Below the pieces are notes generated by a model. It was not told where the DNA came from and searched no databases. It saw nothing but the letters and a program-made list of their open reading frames with translations. Source: Planctomycetota bacterium (lineage in GTDB: Bacteria; Planctomycetota; Planctomycetia; Pirellulales; JALHPA01). From it: DNA of 52,301 bases. The stretch spans positions 1-52,301 of the forward strand of contig JAWXCH010000361.1 in the NCBI GenBank assembly GCA_034440595.1, given 5' to 3'. Positions 38,357 to 48,783 of the stretch are shown here, one piece after another. Every line of letters starts with the position of its first letter. The first letter of the stretch is position 1. The translations under genes and the position numbers were made by a program.

Positions 38357-39385
38357 ATGAATAGCAATTGCGGTCCTGAATTCACTCGTTTCTTTGCGCC
38401 AATTCTCGTCGCGCTGCGCGAGATAGGAGGCTCCGGCAAGACCTCAGAAATCATCGATCGTAGCCTCGAACTGCTCGGGATTTCAGAAGCGGAGCAAAAC
38501 GTGGAAATACCAAGTGGCAGCTCGCGCGTACGGAATCAAGTACAGTGGGCGCGCCTTTATTTGGCACGTGGTGGGCTCCTCGATTCGTCCAAACGCGGAG
38601 TGTGGCAATTGACCGAACAGGGGGCCACGATCGATTTAGAGTACTTGTTTACCGTGTTTTAGCCGACGCTAGCATCGGTTTTTCCGAGGAATTTGATGCT
38701 GACGCCTGCCAACTGGCGTATAAAATCGTCTAATTCTGATATCAATGGTGATTTGAGGCCGGAAAAACAGGGTCCGAAGGCGGTAAACAAGTACGATTTA
38801 GATTCGTACGATTGGCGAGCGTTGTTTCGCAATGTTCAACGGCAATTCACCGAAGAACGCCAGAACCGAGATGAAGTCGACGAAGTACCCGAAATTGATT
38901 CGGATGATATCTCTACTCCAGCCGAAGGCTATCAAACGACCTTGCTCCAAATTCTGAGAAGTTTGCCTCCAGCCGGATTTGAAAAAATTTGCCAGAGATT
39001 GCTCAGGGAGTCCGGCTTTGAGAAGGTTACGGTCACCGGTAAATCCGGCGATGGTGGCATCGACGGAGTTGGAATTCTGCAAATCAACAACTTTGTAAAT
39101 TTCAGAGTGTTGTTTCAGTGTAAGCGATATTCCGGCTCTGTCTCACCTTCGCAAATACGAGATTTTCGCGGTGCTATGATGGGCCGGGCAGACAAAGGAC
39201 TGGTCCTTACTACCGGTACATTCACTGTTGAAGCCAAACGTGAGGCAGTCCGCGACGGTGCTCCTCCCATAGAGCTTGTGGACGGCGAGGAACTCGTTCG
39301 CTTGTTTGAAAAACAAGAACTCGGGCTAAAGCCGCGAACCACCTACGATGTCGACGAATCCTTTTTCCGGCAGTTTCAGGAATGA
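38357..39385 (+). pseudogene. mrr: Mrr-family type IV restriction endonuclease, split by a MITE into Mrr_N (38357-38662) and catalytic (38696-39385) ORFs
   Basis: Winged-helix N-domain (NQVQWARLYL..RGVWQLTEQG); catalytic domain FEKIC..GDGGIDG..QCKRY..IRDFRGAM..TTGTFT..IELVDG; both halves in the same frame. Confidence 0.88.
38641..38794. mobile_element. 154-bp MITE (non-autonomous IS derivative)
   Basis: Perfect 14-bp TIR GTACTTGTTTACCG/CGGTAAACAAGTAC; flanking 8-bp direct repeat GATTTAGA (38633-38640, 38795-38802); removing it restores ...ATIDLDSYDW... Confidence 0.92.
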
Positions 39386-39507
39386 GATTGCCGAAATTGA
39401 TCGACAACTCGTTCGCGTTGTACTGCATTTCAGCTATCAACTCCTCTTTACAATCCTTGCTGTTACGAATAACCAGTCTGCGCCAACCTCCCACCTGCCG
39501 TTTCACT

Positions 39508-40248
39508 ATGCAAGTTCCTGAATACATTGAACGGCGCATCCGTCGTCCCATTCCACCGGACTCATGCGTTGTTGATTGCTCAACGCCGGTAGTCTCTTTC
39601 GGTGACGCTCACACAGCCACGGTTGCGACGCTTGGCCTCAATCCCAGTCGTGTAGAATTCCTTGACCGCAATGGAAATGAACTTATCGGTCCTAACCGTC
39701 GGCTGGCAACACTAACCTCGTTGGGTGCTTCCGACCTTACAAACGCGCCGCTTGAGTCTGTCGCGGAAGTCCTGAGTGACTGCAATTCCTATTTCGAGCG
39801 CAATCCATACCGCCAATGGTTTGATCAACTCGAATTGATACTCGATGCCTGTGGTGTCTCATATTACAACGGCTCTGCCTGCCATCTCGATCTCGTCCAA
39901 TGGGCGACCGATCCAACATGGGGAAGTTTGCGTCCACCCGCATTGCGGAATCGTTTAATAAGTGCCGACTCCCGATTTCTTGTCGAACAATTGTCAAATG
40001 AGAACATCCGTTTGCTGCTGGTCAATGGAATGGGTGTCATTCGACAACTTCAGTCCACGGCGCATGCGAGTCTCGATGAGCTGAAGCCGATTGTGGGACT
40101 CAGTCGTCAGAACACACGAATATTTATGGGCATGATTGTAGATAGGGTCCGGGTTATTGCATGGAGTACCAATCTTCAGTCATCATTTGGCGTTACAACT
40201 GAACTGAGAAATGAAATCGCAAGACGCGCAGCTGAGTTGGTTGACTGA
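39508..40248 (+). CDS. Hypothetical protein, possibly uracil-DNA-glycosylase-like fold
   Basis: PVVSFGD...VATLGLNPS resembles UDG-superfamily motif 1; HLDLVQWAT; LLLVNG; downstream of mrr. Confidence 0.65.
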   Translation: MQVPEYIERRIRRPIPPDSCVVDCSTPVVSFGDAHTATVATLGLNPSRVEFLDRNGNELIGPNRRLATLTSLGASDLTNAPLESVAEVLSDCNSYFERNPYRQWFDQLELILDACGVSYYNGSACHLDLVQWATDPTWGSLRPPALRNRLISADSRFLVEQLSNENIRLLLVNGMGVIRQLQSTAHASLDELKPIVGLSRQNTRIFMGMIVDRVRVIAWSTNLQSSFGVTTELRNEIARRAAELVD

Positions 40249-40291
40249 CGCTCGTTTGTCATCTCCCCCGAGGGCGAATACTTGTGGCGTT

Positions 40292-40320
40292 GGGTGCCAC
40301 TGCTGGCTTGCCCAGCAGTG
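40292..40320. repeat. REP-like family A' palindrome
   Basis: GGGTGCCACTGCTGGCTTGCCCAGCAGTG, matching 31426-31454. Confidence 0.8.
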
Positions 40321-40676
40321 TGACTTTGAGAAACGGTTGCAGTGCCACTTTCGGTGTAACATCCGCTCGGCTTTCTCCTCCTCTCGCGCAATGCATCAAC
40401 GCCAAAACCAAGCCATTCGCACCACAAATCATTCGCCGCTTTCCGCGCTTGAAAAAAAGCCAGCACCTGTGCTAGGGTGAACGCTGAAGATCAAGACGAA
40501 TACCACCTTTGACAATGCGTTGACCTCAACACGCCAAAGGCTTTTCGGCACGGGGACCGTGCCGGCTACATTACAGCAACCTGACTTTGCGGCGCTGCCC
40601 ATTCCCAATCAAGTTCCCTCCGCAAATGGTCGATGCGCCCTTTTTGCGGCATGTTTTTCTTGCCAGGGAGGGGACG

Positions 40677-41405
40677 ATGCAAAACCTGCTGCGATCGATC
40701 GCCCCTCTCGCATGTCTGGCGGTGATTCTATCCCTGCCGCGACCGGCAACTGCCGAAACGCTCAACGAAACGGGAGTTTGGACGGCGCTCTTCGCCAACG
40801 GCGAGCTACTGCTTCACCAGGACGCAAAGGGGAACGCAGAGAATCCCTGGCGCTGGTGGTACGATGGTCAGCTCCGCTGGTTCGAGGAGTTTGACGGGTT
40901 CGGGCAGACCATTGTTCGACCTGGGATCGGTTACAAAGTGACCGACAAGATGACCCTTTGGGGTGGATATGCCTGGGCTCACATCGAGCCGCTCCACGAC
41001 CCGCCGATTGACGAGCATCAGTTCTGGCAGCAGATCACGTGGTCGCACAAATTCGATCCGGCCACGTTGGACTTGCGTTCGCGGCTTGAGCAACGATTCA
41101 GAGAGGAAGGTGACGACACCGGCTGGCGGTTCCGCCAGATGTTTGCCTATCGTCAGCCACTAGAAGTGACCCCGAGGCTTACATTTGTGATGTGGGACGA
41201 AGTCTTCTTTAATCTTAACGATACGGATTGGGGATCGCACAGCGGGTTCGATCAGAATCGTGCATTTGTCGGCCTCGGTTGGAAACCAACACCCGAAACG
41301 ACGTGGCGCGTGGAAGTTGGCTACCTCAATCAGTTCATCGATCGCGTCGGCCGGGCCAATATGAACAATCACCTGCTCTCGATCAGCCTGTTCTGGAACC
41401 CGTAA
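40677..41405 (+). CDS. DUF2490-family outer-membrane beta-barrel
   Basis: Signal peptide; VRPGIGY, EHQFWQQ, RSRLEQRF, WDEVFFNLN, GFDQNRAFVGLG and EVGYLNQ motifs. Confidence 0.85.
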   Translation: MQNLLRSIAPLACLAVILSLPRPATAETLNETGVWTALFANGELLLHQDAKGNAENPWRWWYDGQLRWFEEFDGFGQTIVRPGIGYKVTDKMTLWGGYAWAHIEPLHDPPIDEHQFWQQITWSHKFDPATLDLRSRLEQRFREEGDDTGWRFRQMFAYRQPLEVTPRLTFVMWDEVFFNLNDTDWGSHSGFDQNRAFVGLGWKPTPETTWRVEVGYLNQFIDRVGRANMNNHLLSISLFWNP

Positions 41406-41452
41406 GGGAGCTGCATTATGCGGTGACGCTAACTATTAGCAGAACCATCCCC

Positions 41453-41770
41453 CTACCCCGCAGTCACCTTCAGCCCCACAATTCCACCGACGATCAACAG
41501 CAGGCAGGCTGCGCGCCATATGGTAATTGGCTCGTTGAACAGAAACACGCTCACGATCGCCGTTCCCGCCGCACCGATTCCGGTCCAGATGGCGTAGCCC
41601 GTGCCGATTGGGATCTCGCGAACTGCCTGTGCCAGGCAATAGAAGCTAGCCACCATGATCAAGAGCGTAAACACAGTTGGGATCGGTTTGGTCCAGCCGT
41701 CTGTGTATTTCAGGCCGAGTGCCCAAAGCACCTCCAGAACGCCAGCTACCAGCAAATAGATCCAGGCCAT
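41453..41770 (-). CDS. sugE: SMR family transporter, SugE/Gdx type
   Basis: MAWIYLLVAGVLEVLWALGLKYTDG and PIGTGYAIWTGIGA motifs; 105 aa, 4 TM. Confidence 0.9.
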   Translation of the reverse strand: MAWIYLLVAGVLEVLWALGLKYTDGWTKPIPTVFTLLIMVASFYCLAQAVREIPIGTGYAIWTGIGAAGTAIVSVFLFNEPITIWRAACLLLIVGGIVGLKVTAG

Positions 41771-41955
41771 ATCAAATCCCTTCCTCCGCGAGATAAAACA
41801 CTTCCCCCGAAATCTGCGACCACAGCGGCCATATTAGCCGTTTACCGTAGTTTGCGGCAGTCCCGGTAGCCTTGTGGCCGCGGCAACGTCACCTTAAAAT
41901 TACGGGTTTGGAATCGCTGCGGTCATTTATTCAAATCGTGAAGAGGAATGCTGTT

Positions 41956-43272
41956 GTGCCCGGAACTTGTGTGATTGGATTGCAGTGGGGAGACGAAGCC
42001 AAGGGGAAACTGGTCGACCTGCTGACCGAGCAGCACGATATTGTCGTGCGTTATCAAGGGGGTGCCAACGCTGGGCACACGGTCGTCGTCGGTGGCGAGA
42101 CGTATAAGCTGTCGCTGATCCCGAGTGGTATTTTGAACCCACGCGTGAAGTCGGTCATTACCGGCGGGGTGGTGATCAATCCGCCGAGTGTGCTGGGGGA
42201 GATTGAACAGCTTGTCGCACGTGGCGTGCAGGTCAGCGATAATCTGATGATCAGCGACCGTGCGCATGTGATTTTTCCGTGGCACATGCAGGAAGACCGC
42301 CAGATGGATGGTGGCGTTTCTGGTGGCGAGGCGATCGGCACCACACAGCGCGGCATTGGCCCATGCTACCGCGATAAGGTTGGCCGCGCTTATGCTATTC
42401 GTCTGGGCGATCTGTTCCGGCCAGAATTTCGCGAGCAAGTGGCGCACATTTGCGAGGCCAAGACCAGGTTGTTGGCGGGTTCGACTGTCGCGGCGAACTC
42501 GGCCGCACTCAATGCCGAGCAGATTTTCCAAGAGTACAGCGGCTATGCAAAACTGCTGAAGCCGTATGTCGCCGATACAACGGCGTATCTACTGGACGCT
42601 GTCGAAAACAATCAGCGACTCTTGTTTGAAGGTGCTCAAGGGGCTCTGTTAGATATCGACCATGGCACGTTCCCTTATGTGACCAGCAGCAACAGCTCGG
42701 GCGTCGGTGTCTCCAGTGGATCAGGAATTCCAGGCCGCTGGATCAACAAAGTCATTGGCGTGATCAAGGCGTACAGCACACGTGTCGGGGGCGGGCCATT
42801 TCCGACCGAACTGGACAACGAAATCGGCCAGCTTCTGCGCGACCGTGGCAATGAATACGGAACCGTGACGCGACGACCGCGCCGCTGCGGTTGGTTCGAT
42901 GCAGTCGCCGCACGCTACACGGCCCGACTGAGCGGGGTGGATTCGCTATCGGTCATGCTGCTGGATGTGCTGGGTGCCAGTCCAGAAATCAAGATCTGCA
43001 CCGCCTACGAAATTAACGGCAAACGTGTGACGCAGTTCCCGAGTCATGTGAATGACCTGCGTGTGGCCAAGCCGATTTATGAAACGATGCCGGGATGGCA
43101 GCAAGAGATTACCGAGGTCCGCAACATTGAGGATTTGCCGCAAGGTGCGCGGGACTACTTGAACCGATTGAGCGAAATCATGGAACGCCCGGTGGATGTG
43201 GTGTCTGTTGGTCCGGACCGCGAACAGACGATGTTCGCACACCCGATTGAAGAGCTGGCAACGGTAAGATAG
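41956..43272 (+). CDS. purA: Adenylosuccinate synthetase
   Basis: GLQWGDEAKGK, GGANAGHT, EGAQG, GTFPYVTSS and RPRRCGWFD motifs; AGAGGA before GTG 41956. Confidence 0.97.
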   Translation: MPGTCVIGLQWGDEAKGKLVDLLTEQHDIVVRYQGGANAGHTVVVGGETYKLSLIPSGILNPRVKSVITGGVVINPPSVLGEIEQLVARGVQVSDNLMISDRAHVIFPWHMQEDRQMDGGVSGGEAIGTTQRGIGPCYRDKVGRAYAIRLGDLFRPEFREQVAHICEAKTRLLAGSTVAANSAALNAEQIFQEYSGYAKLLKPYVADTTAYLLDAVENNQRLLFEGAQGALLDIDHGTFPYVTSSNSSGVGVSSGSGIPGRWINKVIGVIKAYSTRVGGGPFPTELDNEIGQLLRDRGNEYGTVTRRPRRCGWFDAVAARYTARLSGVDSLSVMLLDVLGASPEIKICTAYEINGKRVTQFPSHVNDLRVAKPIYETMPGWQQEITEVRNIEDLPQGARDYLNRLSEIMERPVDVVSVGPDREQTMFAHPIEELATVR

Positions 43273-43359
43273 TTGCCTTTCACTCCGTGAAAGCGCACCG
43301 TCTAGAAATAAAATGTCAACCTGAATATCTAGCGCTATTTCGCGGAGCGAAATGCGACT
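43271..43359. repeat. REP-like family D inverted pair
   Basis: AGTTGCCTTTCACTCCGTGAAAG...TTTCGCGGAGCGAAATGCGACT; left arm identical to 31283-31305. Confidence 0.8.
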
Positions 43360-43377
43360 GTAAGCGACTGTATATTT

Positions 43378-44130
43378 GTGCCAGAATTATCCGCCACTGC
43401 CGAAAGCTCTCTCCACCTGCCGAAGGAAAAATTGCCGCGGCATATTGCCGTGATTATGGATGGCAACGGCCGCTGGGCACAGCGCCAAGGCCTGCCACGG
43501 ATCGAAGGGCACCGCCGTGGTGTCTCCAGTGTGCGCCGCACCACCGAAGAGTGTGCCCGACTCGGTATCGAGCAGCTCACTCTCTATTGCCTCTCCAGCG
43601 AGAACTGGAAGCGCCCCCAGCACGAACTGGACTTTCTGATGCACTTGCTGGAACAGTACATGATCGAAGAGCGCACCACGATTATGAACCAGGGAATCCA
43701 GGTCCATGTGATCGGTCGGCGCGAAGGGATCCCAGCGGCGACACTGGCCGAAATGGATAAGACCATCGCCATGACCGCCGGAAATACTGGCATGCGGCTC
43801 TGCCTGGCGATTAACTATGGCGGTCGCGCGGAACTTTTGGACGCAGTGCGGCAGATCGCCACTGAGGCTCAGCGCGGGGAGTTGGACCCGGCGTCGCTAA
43901 CTGAGTCGACCATTGACCAGCATCTGTACACCGCCGGCATGTCGGACCCAGACCTGCTGATTCGCACCGCCGGTGAGCGACGGATCAGCAATTTTCTGCT
44001 CTGGCAAATCAGTTATGCGGAGATTTGGATCACTGATCGCTGCTGGCCGGAGTTTGACGAGGCGTGTCTGCACGAGGCACTCATAGATTTTGGCAGCCGC
44101 GATCGACGATTCGGCGGATTGAATAGCTAA
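43378..44130 (+). CDS. uppS: Undecaprenyl diphosphate synthase
   Basis: HIAVIMDGNGRWA, SSENWKRP, NYGGR and DPDLLIRTAGERRISNFLLWQ motifs. Confidence 0.96.
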   Translation: MPELSATAESSLHLPKEKLPRHIAVIMDGNGRWAQRQGLPRIEGHRRGVSSVRRTTEECARLGIEQLTLYCLSSENWKRPQHELDFLMHLLEQYMIEERTTIMNQGIQVHVIGRREGIPAATLAEMDKTIAMTAGNTGMRLCLAINYGGRAELLDAVRQIATEAQRGELDPASLTESTIDQHLYTAGMSDPDLLIRTAGERRISNFLLWQISYAEIWITDRCWPEFDEACLHEALIDFGSRDRRFGGLNS

Positions 44131-44152
44131 CTCTTAAAGGGCAATCGAAACC

Positions 44153-45067
44153 ATGCTACGCTGGCGATTGCTTCTTGGTGCGATTTTCATAGCGGCCTTG
44201 GCGGCGCTATGCTATTTCGATGCCACTACACAGCGCGGCGATACAGCACCGGGGATCTATCTCTTTCCGCTGGCCCTGCTGCTCAGCTTGCTAGCCAGCG
44301 GTGAGATGCTGCGATTCTTGCGCGCGGTCAAGATGGCACCCAGCGCTGCGCTAGTCTACCTGGGCAACCTGGCAATTGTCGCCAGTAATGGAATTCCCCT
44401 TTATGGATCATCGCTCGGTATCGAATTAGCCGACCCGGCTGCACTCGGAAGACTCGGTTGGCCGTTGATAACACTCACGCTGTCAGTGCTGGTGCTATTT
44501 GCCATCGAAATGATTCGCTACCAAAAGCCGGGCCAGAGTACGCTCAACTTGGCGGGTGGTGCGATTTCACTATTGTATGTCGGTGTGCTGCTCAGCTTTG
44601 TTGTGCAATTGCGCGCGATCGATCTGGCTGGTTACGACGGTGCACGTTCGATCATTCCGCTGGTCTCGCTGATTGCGATTGTAAAGATCGGGGATATCGG
44701 TGCTTACACGCTCGGCCGACTCTTTGGCCGACATAAAATGACGCCGACGCTCAGCCCGGGCAAGACCTGGGAAGGGGCTGGTGGAGCGCTACTATTTGCG
44801 TCGATCACTGCGCTAGTAATCGGGTACTTCTGGAGCGGTACTGCAGACAACGCCGCATCGATCGGCCGCTGGATCATTTACGGGCTGCTCATCGGTGCGA
44901 CGGGAATCGTCGGCGACCTGGCCGAGTCACTTCTTAAACGTGACACCGGGTTCAAAGACTCCAGCAGTTGGATGCCCGGCTTTGGAGGGATCTTGGACCT
45001 ACTAGACTCAATCCTGTTCACCGCCCCGGTGGCGTATTTGTGTTGGGTGATGGGATTGGTGGGATGA
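44153..45067 (+). CDS. cdsA: Phosphatidate cytidylyltransferase
   Basis: DIGAY, SPGKTWEG and GDLAESLLKRDTGFKDS...PGFGGILD motifs. Confidence 0.93.
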   Translation: MLRWRLLLGAIFIAALAALCYFDATTQRGDTAPGIYLFPLALLLSLLASGEMLRFLRAVKMAPSAALVYLGNLAIVASNGIPLYGSSLGIELADPAALGRLGWPLITLTLSVLVLFAIEMIRYQKPGQSTLNLAGGAISLLYVGVLLSFVVQLRAIDLAGYDGARSIIPLVSLIAIVKIGDIGAYTLGRLFGRHKMTPTLSPGKTWEGAGGALLFASITALVIGYFWSGTADNAASIGRWIIYGLLIGATGIVGDLAESLLKRDTGFKDSSSWMPGFGGILDLLDSILFTAPVAYLCWVMGLVG

Positions 45068-45094
45068 AAAGGATTGCGAATCATCACTGAACGT

Positions 45095-45190
45095 CCCTTT
45101 CAGGGCCGAGGAGTCGATTGCCTTGTAACCCGGGGTTCCGCCGCTGCGCGGCTCCACCCACGGGCTGACAGAGACGACCCTTCGAGTCTG
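45095..45190. repeat. REP-like family E
   Basis: CCCTTTCAGGG...ACCCGGGGTTCCGCCGCTGCGCGGCTCCACCCACGGGCTGACAGAGACGACCCTTCG; similar to 22204-22268. Confidence 0.75.
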
Positions 45191-45419
45191 ACACTTGGCA
45201 CCCACGGCTTTTCCGAATGCACGGCCTCTAATGACAACCGCATAGGCTTCAACCTTCAGCTTGGTTCGAGCAAATCGCCACAAGCACAATCACAACAACA
45301 CCTTACAACCTATGCCATTTGGCACAGTGCACGTTTGCTCACGAATCGGGTATAGTTGAGTATTCGACTTACCCTTTCCGGTCGGCGATCGCCTGGTTTT
45401 CAGGCGGTGCCATAGGTGA

Positions 45420-46382
45420 ATGAACGAAAAAAACATCTCGGTCCTCGACTCGAAAACGCTTCTGGCGCTGTTCGGCCCGCGCGACCAATATCTCCGCAAG
45501 ATTCGTGCGGCGCTAGGGGTTGTGATTTCGGCCCGCGATGATCGCATTCAGATCGAAGGCGAGCCAGCCGCCGTGGCCCAGGCTACCAGCGTAATCGAAC
45601 AGCTTACGGCGATTGCTCATCGGCATGGCGAGATTAGCCCGCACGATGTGGCCAAGGTACTATCTGGTGTGACCGGTCAGCCACTTGCCGATCAGCATGC
45701 ACCGATCGATGGATTGTCCGCCGGTCGCATGGTCAAGCCGCGTACCGCCGGTCAGGCTGAATACGTGCAAGCCATCACCGACAACGATCTGGTGTTTTGT
45801 ATTGGCCCGGCGGGAACCGGCAAGACGTATCTGGCGGTCGCGCTGGCAGTGGCAGCATTGCGACAGGAGCGCATTCGCAAGATCGTGCTAGTTCGCCCTG
45901 CCGTTGAAGCGGGCGAAAGCCTCGGCTTTTTGCCAGGTGATTTGCAGGCCAAGATCAATCCTTATCTGCGCCCGTTGCTGGACGCTTTGCGCGAGATGAT
46001 GGATTATGAACTGGTCAAGCGGCTCAAGGATCAAGACGTTATCGAGATGATTCCGCTGGCCTACATGCGTGGACGGACTTTGAACGATGCTTTCATCATT
46101 TTGGACGAAGCACAGAACACCACCGTCGCACAGATGAAGATGTTCCTGACACGTATGGGACAAAACAGCAAGATTGTCGTCTCGGGCGATACTACGCAAG
46201 TCGACCTGCCAGCACATACCAAGAGCGGCCTGATCGACGGACTGGGTCGTTTGCGCGGCATACCCGGCTATTGTGAAGTGAAGCTCGGCAAGGCGGATAT
46301 TGTCCGACACCCGTTGGTACAAAAAATTGTGGAAGCTTATGAAGAGGATGACGACGCATCGAGTCGGCGGCGGAGGTCGTAA
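45420..46382 (+). CDS. phoH: PhoH-family ATPase (YbeZ-like)
   Basis: GPAGTGKTYLA, RPAVEAGESLGFLPGD, YMRGRT, DEAQN and DIVRHPLV motifs. Confidence 0.95.
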   Translation: MNEKNISVLDSKTLLALFGPRDQYLRKIRAALGVVISARDDRIQIEGEPAAVAQATSVIEQLTAIAHRHGEISPHDVAKVLSGVTGQPLADQHAPIDGLSAGRMVKPRTAGQAEYVQAITDNDLVFCIGPAGTGKTYLAVALAVAALRQERIRKIVLVRPAVEAGESLGFLPGDLQAKINPYLRPLLDALREMMDYELVKRLKDQDVIEMIPLAYMRGRTLNDAFIILDEAQNTTVAQMKMFLTRMGQNSKIVVSGDTTQVDLPAHTKSGLIDGLGRLRGIPGYCEVKLGKADIVRHPLVQKIVEAYEEDDDASSRRRRS

Positions 46383-46459
46383 AACGGTCATCATCGCAAA
46401 CCGAATATGCAGTTTTCAAGAATCTGTTTAAACACCCTTTAGCCCCCTGATTTCTGCCG

Positions 46460-48757
46460 ATGTCCACCAGTGGACAACGTCGAACACGCATTGAACGTGT
46501 AGCTGCCTTGGAGCTCCCTCCGAATCTGTGGGAGCGTCTGGTGGAGCGCGTCCAACATGCCGATGTCTGGGTTCGCCTAAGCATTTGTGCGGTGGCCGCA
46601 TTCTTGATGTTAATCATCATCGGCGGCTGGGATCCTCCGTTTATCTATCGAGCTGGGTACTCTCCATCGCGCGATATTGTCTGCCGCACGACGTTTTCGG
46701 TGCCAAACGACGAGCAGACAAAAGCTGCCCGCGAACGAGCGCAGAATCAGGTGCGGTATGTCTATATCCACGACGCGAAGCAGTTAGAGCAATTGCGAGA
46801 CAAGTTGTTTACGACTATGTCTCAGATTAGCGCAGCGGCAACGATGGCGGATCTGCCACCGGACATGATGCCGTCGTTCACTTCGCCCCCCATGACTAAT
46901 GTTGAGGCCCCGACGAAGGAGCAGCTTGAGGAAGACTTTAAAAAGCTTCGCGAGTTGGTCGACACCAAGGAAAAGATGGCCAACTTTGAAAAGAAGCTGA
47001 CCAGTGCTTTTACGGACATTGTAAAAAACGGCATCGGCACGCCGCAAAAACTAAAGGCCGAACCGATCGGCGGCCGCGACGAAATCCAAGGCGATCAGAC
47101 AAAGATCGAAACGCATCCGCCTGGCGACTCGAAATTTCCACTGGTCGTGAATATCCCTGAAATTCTGCCGGATGCAGCAGCCTCGCATCTGTTGGGCCAA
47201 CTCAAGACCGAATTTGGTGCCGATCAAGGACAACTCCTTTACTACTGGATCAAGCCAAAATTGCCGGCGTCCACCATCACTCTGGACGAACCGGCAACAT
47301 TGGAAGCGCGCGAAAACGCTGCCGCCAAGGTCGAACCGATTTTGACTCTCTACAAGGCTGGTGAGGCGGACCTGGCACCGGGCAATGTGCCTTTGGATCA
47401 GGAAAAAATCAAACTGCTGCGCACCGAATACGAAGCCGAAAAAGCGGAACGTAATTGGAAAACACGTCTGTTCCGTTCGTTATCTGTGCTCGGAATGTTT
47501 GTCGCGCTATATACCCTCAGCGGATTCTACATTTTCTTCCGCGACCGTCGCCTGCTGCTGAATCTCCGCAAATTCAGTAGCCTGATTCTACTGTTCGCTG
47601 GAGCCATTGCCCTCTCGCGACTGGCCAGTGGAGACAGCCTGCGCGCCGCCGAGTTGATTCCGGTGCTGCTGTTCGGCATGACCGTCGGCATCGCCTACCA
47701 TCAAGAACTGGCACTGCTGCTCACCGCTGCACTCAGTCTGGTCATAGTTGTTGCCCTTGGACAGAATCTGACCGACTACGTCATCTTGCTCAGCGCCGCC
47801 GCCACTTCAATCTTGCTGCTGGGGCGAATTCGCACGCGAACGCGCCTGCTTTACGTCGGTCTGGTCGCCGGGGCTGTCACCGCACTGACCGCGATCGGCA
47901 TGGGAGTCGTCAGCAATCAACCGTTCGATCAGTACCTGGTGCATGTCGCTTTGGTCGACGCGGGCTGGGTCATCATCGCCGGCATCCTGATGACCGGGCT
48001 TTTGCCGTATGTCGAACGCCTGTTCGATGTCATGACCGACCTGCGACTGCTGGAGATTGGCGATCCGTCGCATCCATTGTTGCAAGAGTTGGTTCGCCGA
48101 GCGCCCGGCACGTACAACCACTCGATCAATGTCGCTTCACTGGCCGAAGCGGCTGCTGAGTCGATCGGTGCCCGTGGGTTGCTGGTGCGAGTCGGAGCCT
48201 ATTTTCACGACATCGGCAAGATGCTCAAGCCGGGCTACTTTGTCGAAAATCAGGGTGGTGAAGGGAACCGGCACGATACGCTGATGCCGGCCATGAGCAC
48301 GCTAATTATCATTGCTCACATTAAGGATGGGGCTGACCTTGGCCGCCAGCATAAACTGCCGCAGCCGCTGATCGACTTTATTCAGCAGCACCACGGGACC
48401 ACGCTGGTTGAGTACTTCTTCCGCCGCGCCAATCAACAAAGCGAAGCGGATCCGAACGGCAGCGAAGTCGACGAAAGCTTGTTCCGCTATCCCGGCCCAA
48501 AACCACAGACCAAGGAAGCCGCAGTCCTGATGGTGGCCGACGCAGCCGAAAGCGCTAGTCGATCGCTGGTCGATCCAACTCCATCCCGGTTGGAAAGCCT
48601 GGTCCACGAACTGGCCATGAAACGCCTGATTGACGGGCAATTCGACGACTGCGGTCTGACCTTGCAAGAATTGAACGCAATCGAAGACAGCCTGGTCAAA
48701 TCGTTGATCGCCGTCTATCACGGCCGAGTGAAGTATCCTGACCAACGGACCGCCTAA
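46460..48757 (+). CDS. 7TM-HD (HDIG) membrane phosphohydrolase, PgpH-like
   Basis: Extracytoplasmic domain, 7 TM, APGTYNHS, HDIGK, HHGT and FRYPGPKP motifs. Confidence 0.92.
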   Translation: MSTSGQRRTRIERVAALELPPNLWERLVERVQHADVWVRLSICAVAAFLMLIIIGGWDPPFIYRAGYSPSRDIVCRTTFSVPNDEQTKAARERAQNQVRYVYIHDAKQLEQLRDKLFTTMSQISAAATMADLPPDMMPSFTSPPMTNVEAPTKEQLEEDFKKLRELVDTKEKMANFEKKLTSAFTDIVKNGIGTPQKLKAEPIGGRDEIQGDQTKIETHPPGDSKFPLVVNIPEILPDAAASHLLGQLKTEFGADQGQLLYYWIKPKLPASTITLDEPATLEARENAAAKVEPILTLYKAGEADLAPGNVPLDQEKIKLLRTEYEAEKAERNWKTRLFRSLSVLGMFVALYTLSGFYIFFRDRRLLLNLRKFSSLILLFAGAIALSRLASGDSLRAAELIPVLLFGMTVGIAYHQELALLLTAALSLVIVVALGQNLTDYVILLSAAATSILLLGRIRTRTRLLYVGLVAGAVTALTAIGMGVVSNQPFDQYLVHVALVDAGWVIIAGILMTGLLPYVERLFDVMTDLRLLEIGDPSHPLLQELVRRAPGTYNHSINVASLAEAAAESIGARGLLVRVGAYFHDIGKMLKPGYFVENQGGEGNRHDTLMPAMSTLIIIAHIKDGADLGRQHKLPQPLIDFIQQHHGTTLVEYFFRRANQQSEADPNGSEVDESLFRYPGPKPQTKEAAVLMVADAAESASRSLVDPTPSRLESLVHELAMKRLIDGQFDDCGLTLQELNAIEDSLVKSLIAVYHGRVKYPDQRTA

Positions 48758-48783
48758 TGCTTTGTGACATTTTGCTTTACCGT

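Noticed and set aside
38641-38794. Intein, intron or programmed readthrough explanation for the mrr interruption
   Set aside because: TIRs plus TSD identify a transposon-type insertion; no splicing motifs and no evidence for recoding of the TAG
41771-41950. Guanidine riboswitch upstream of sugE/gdx
   Set aside because: Reading the minus strand, I found neither twin ACGR-loop hairpins (class II) nor the class I/III consensus
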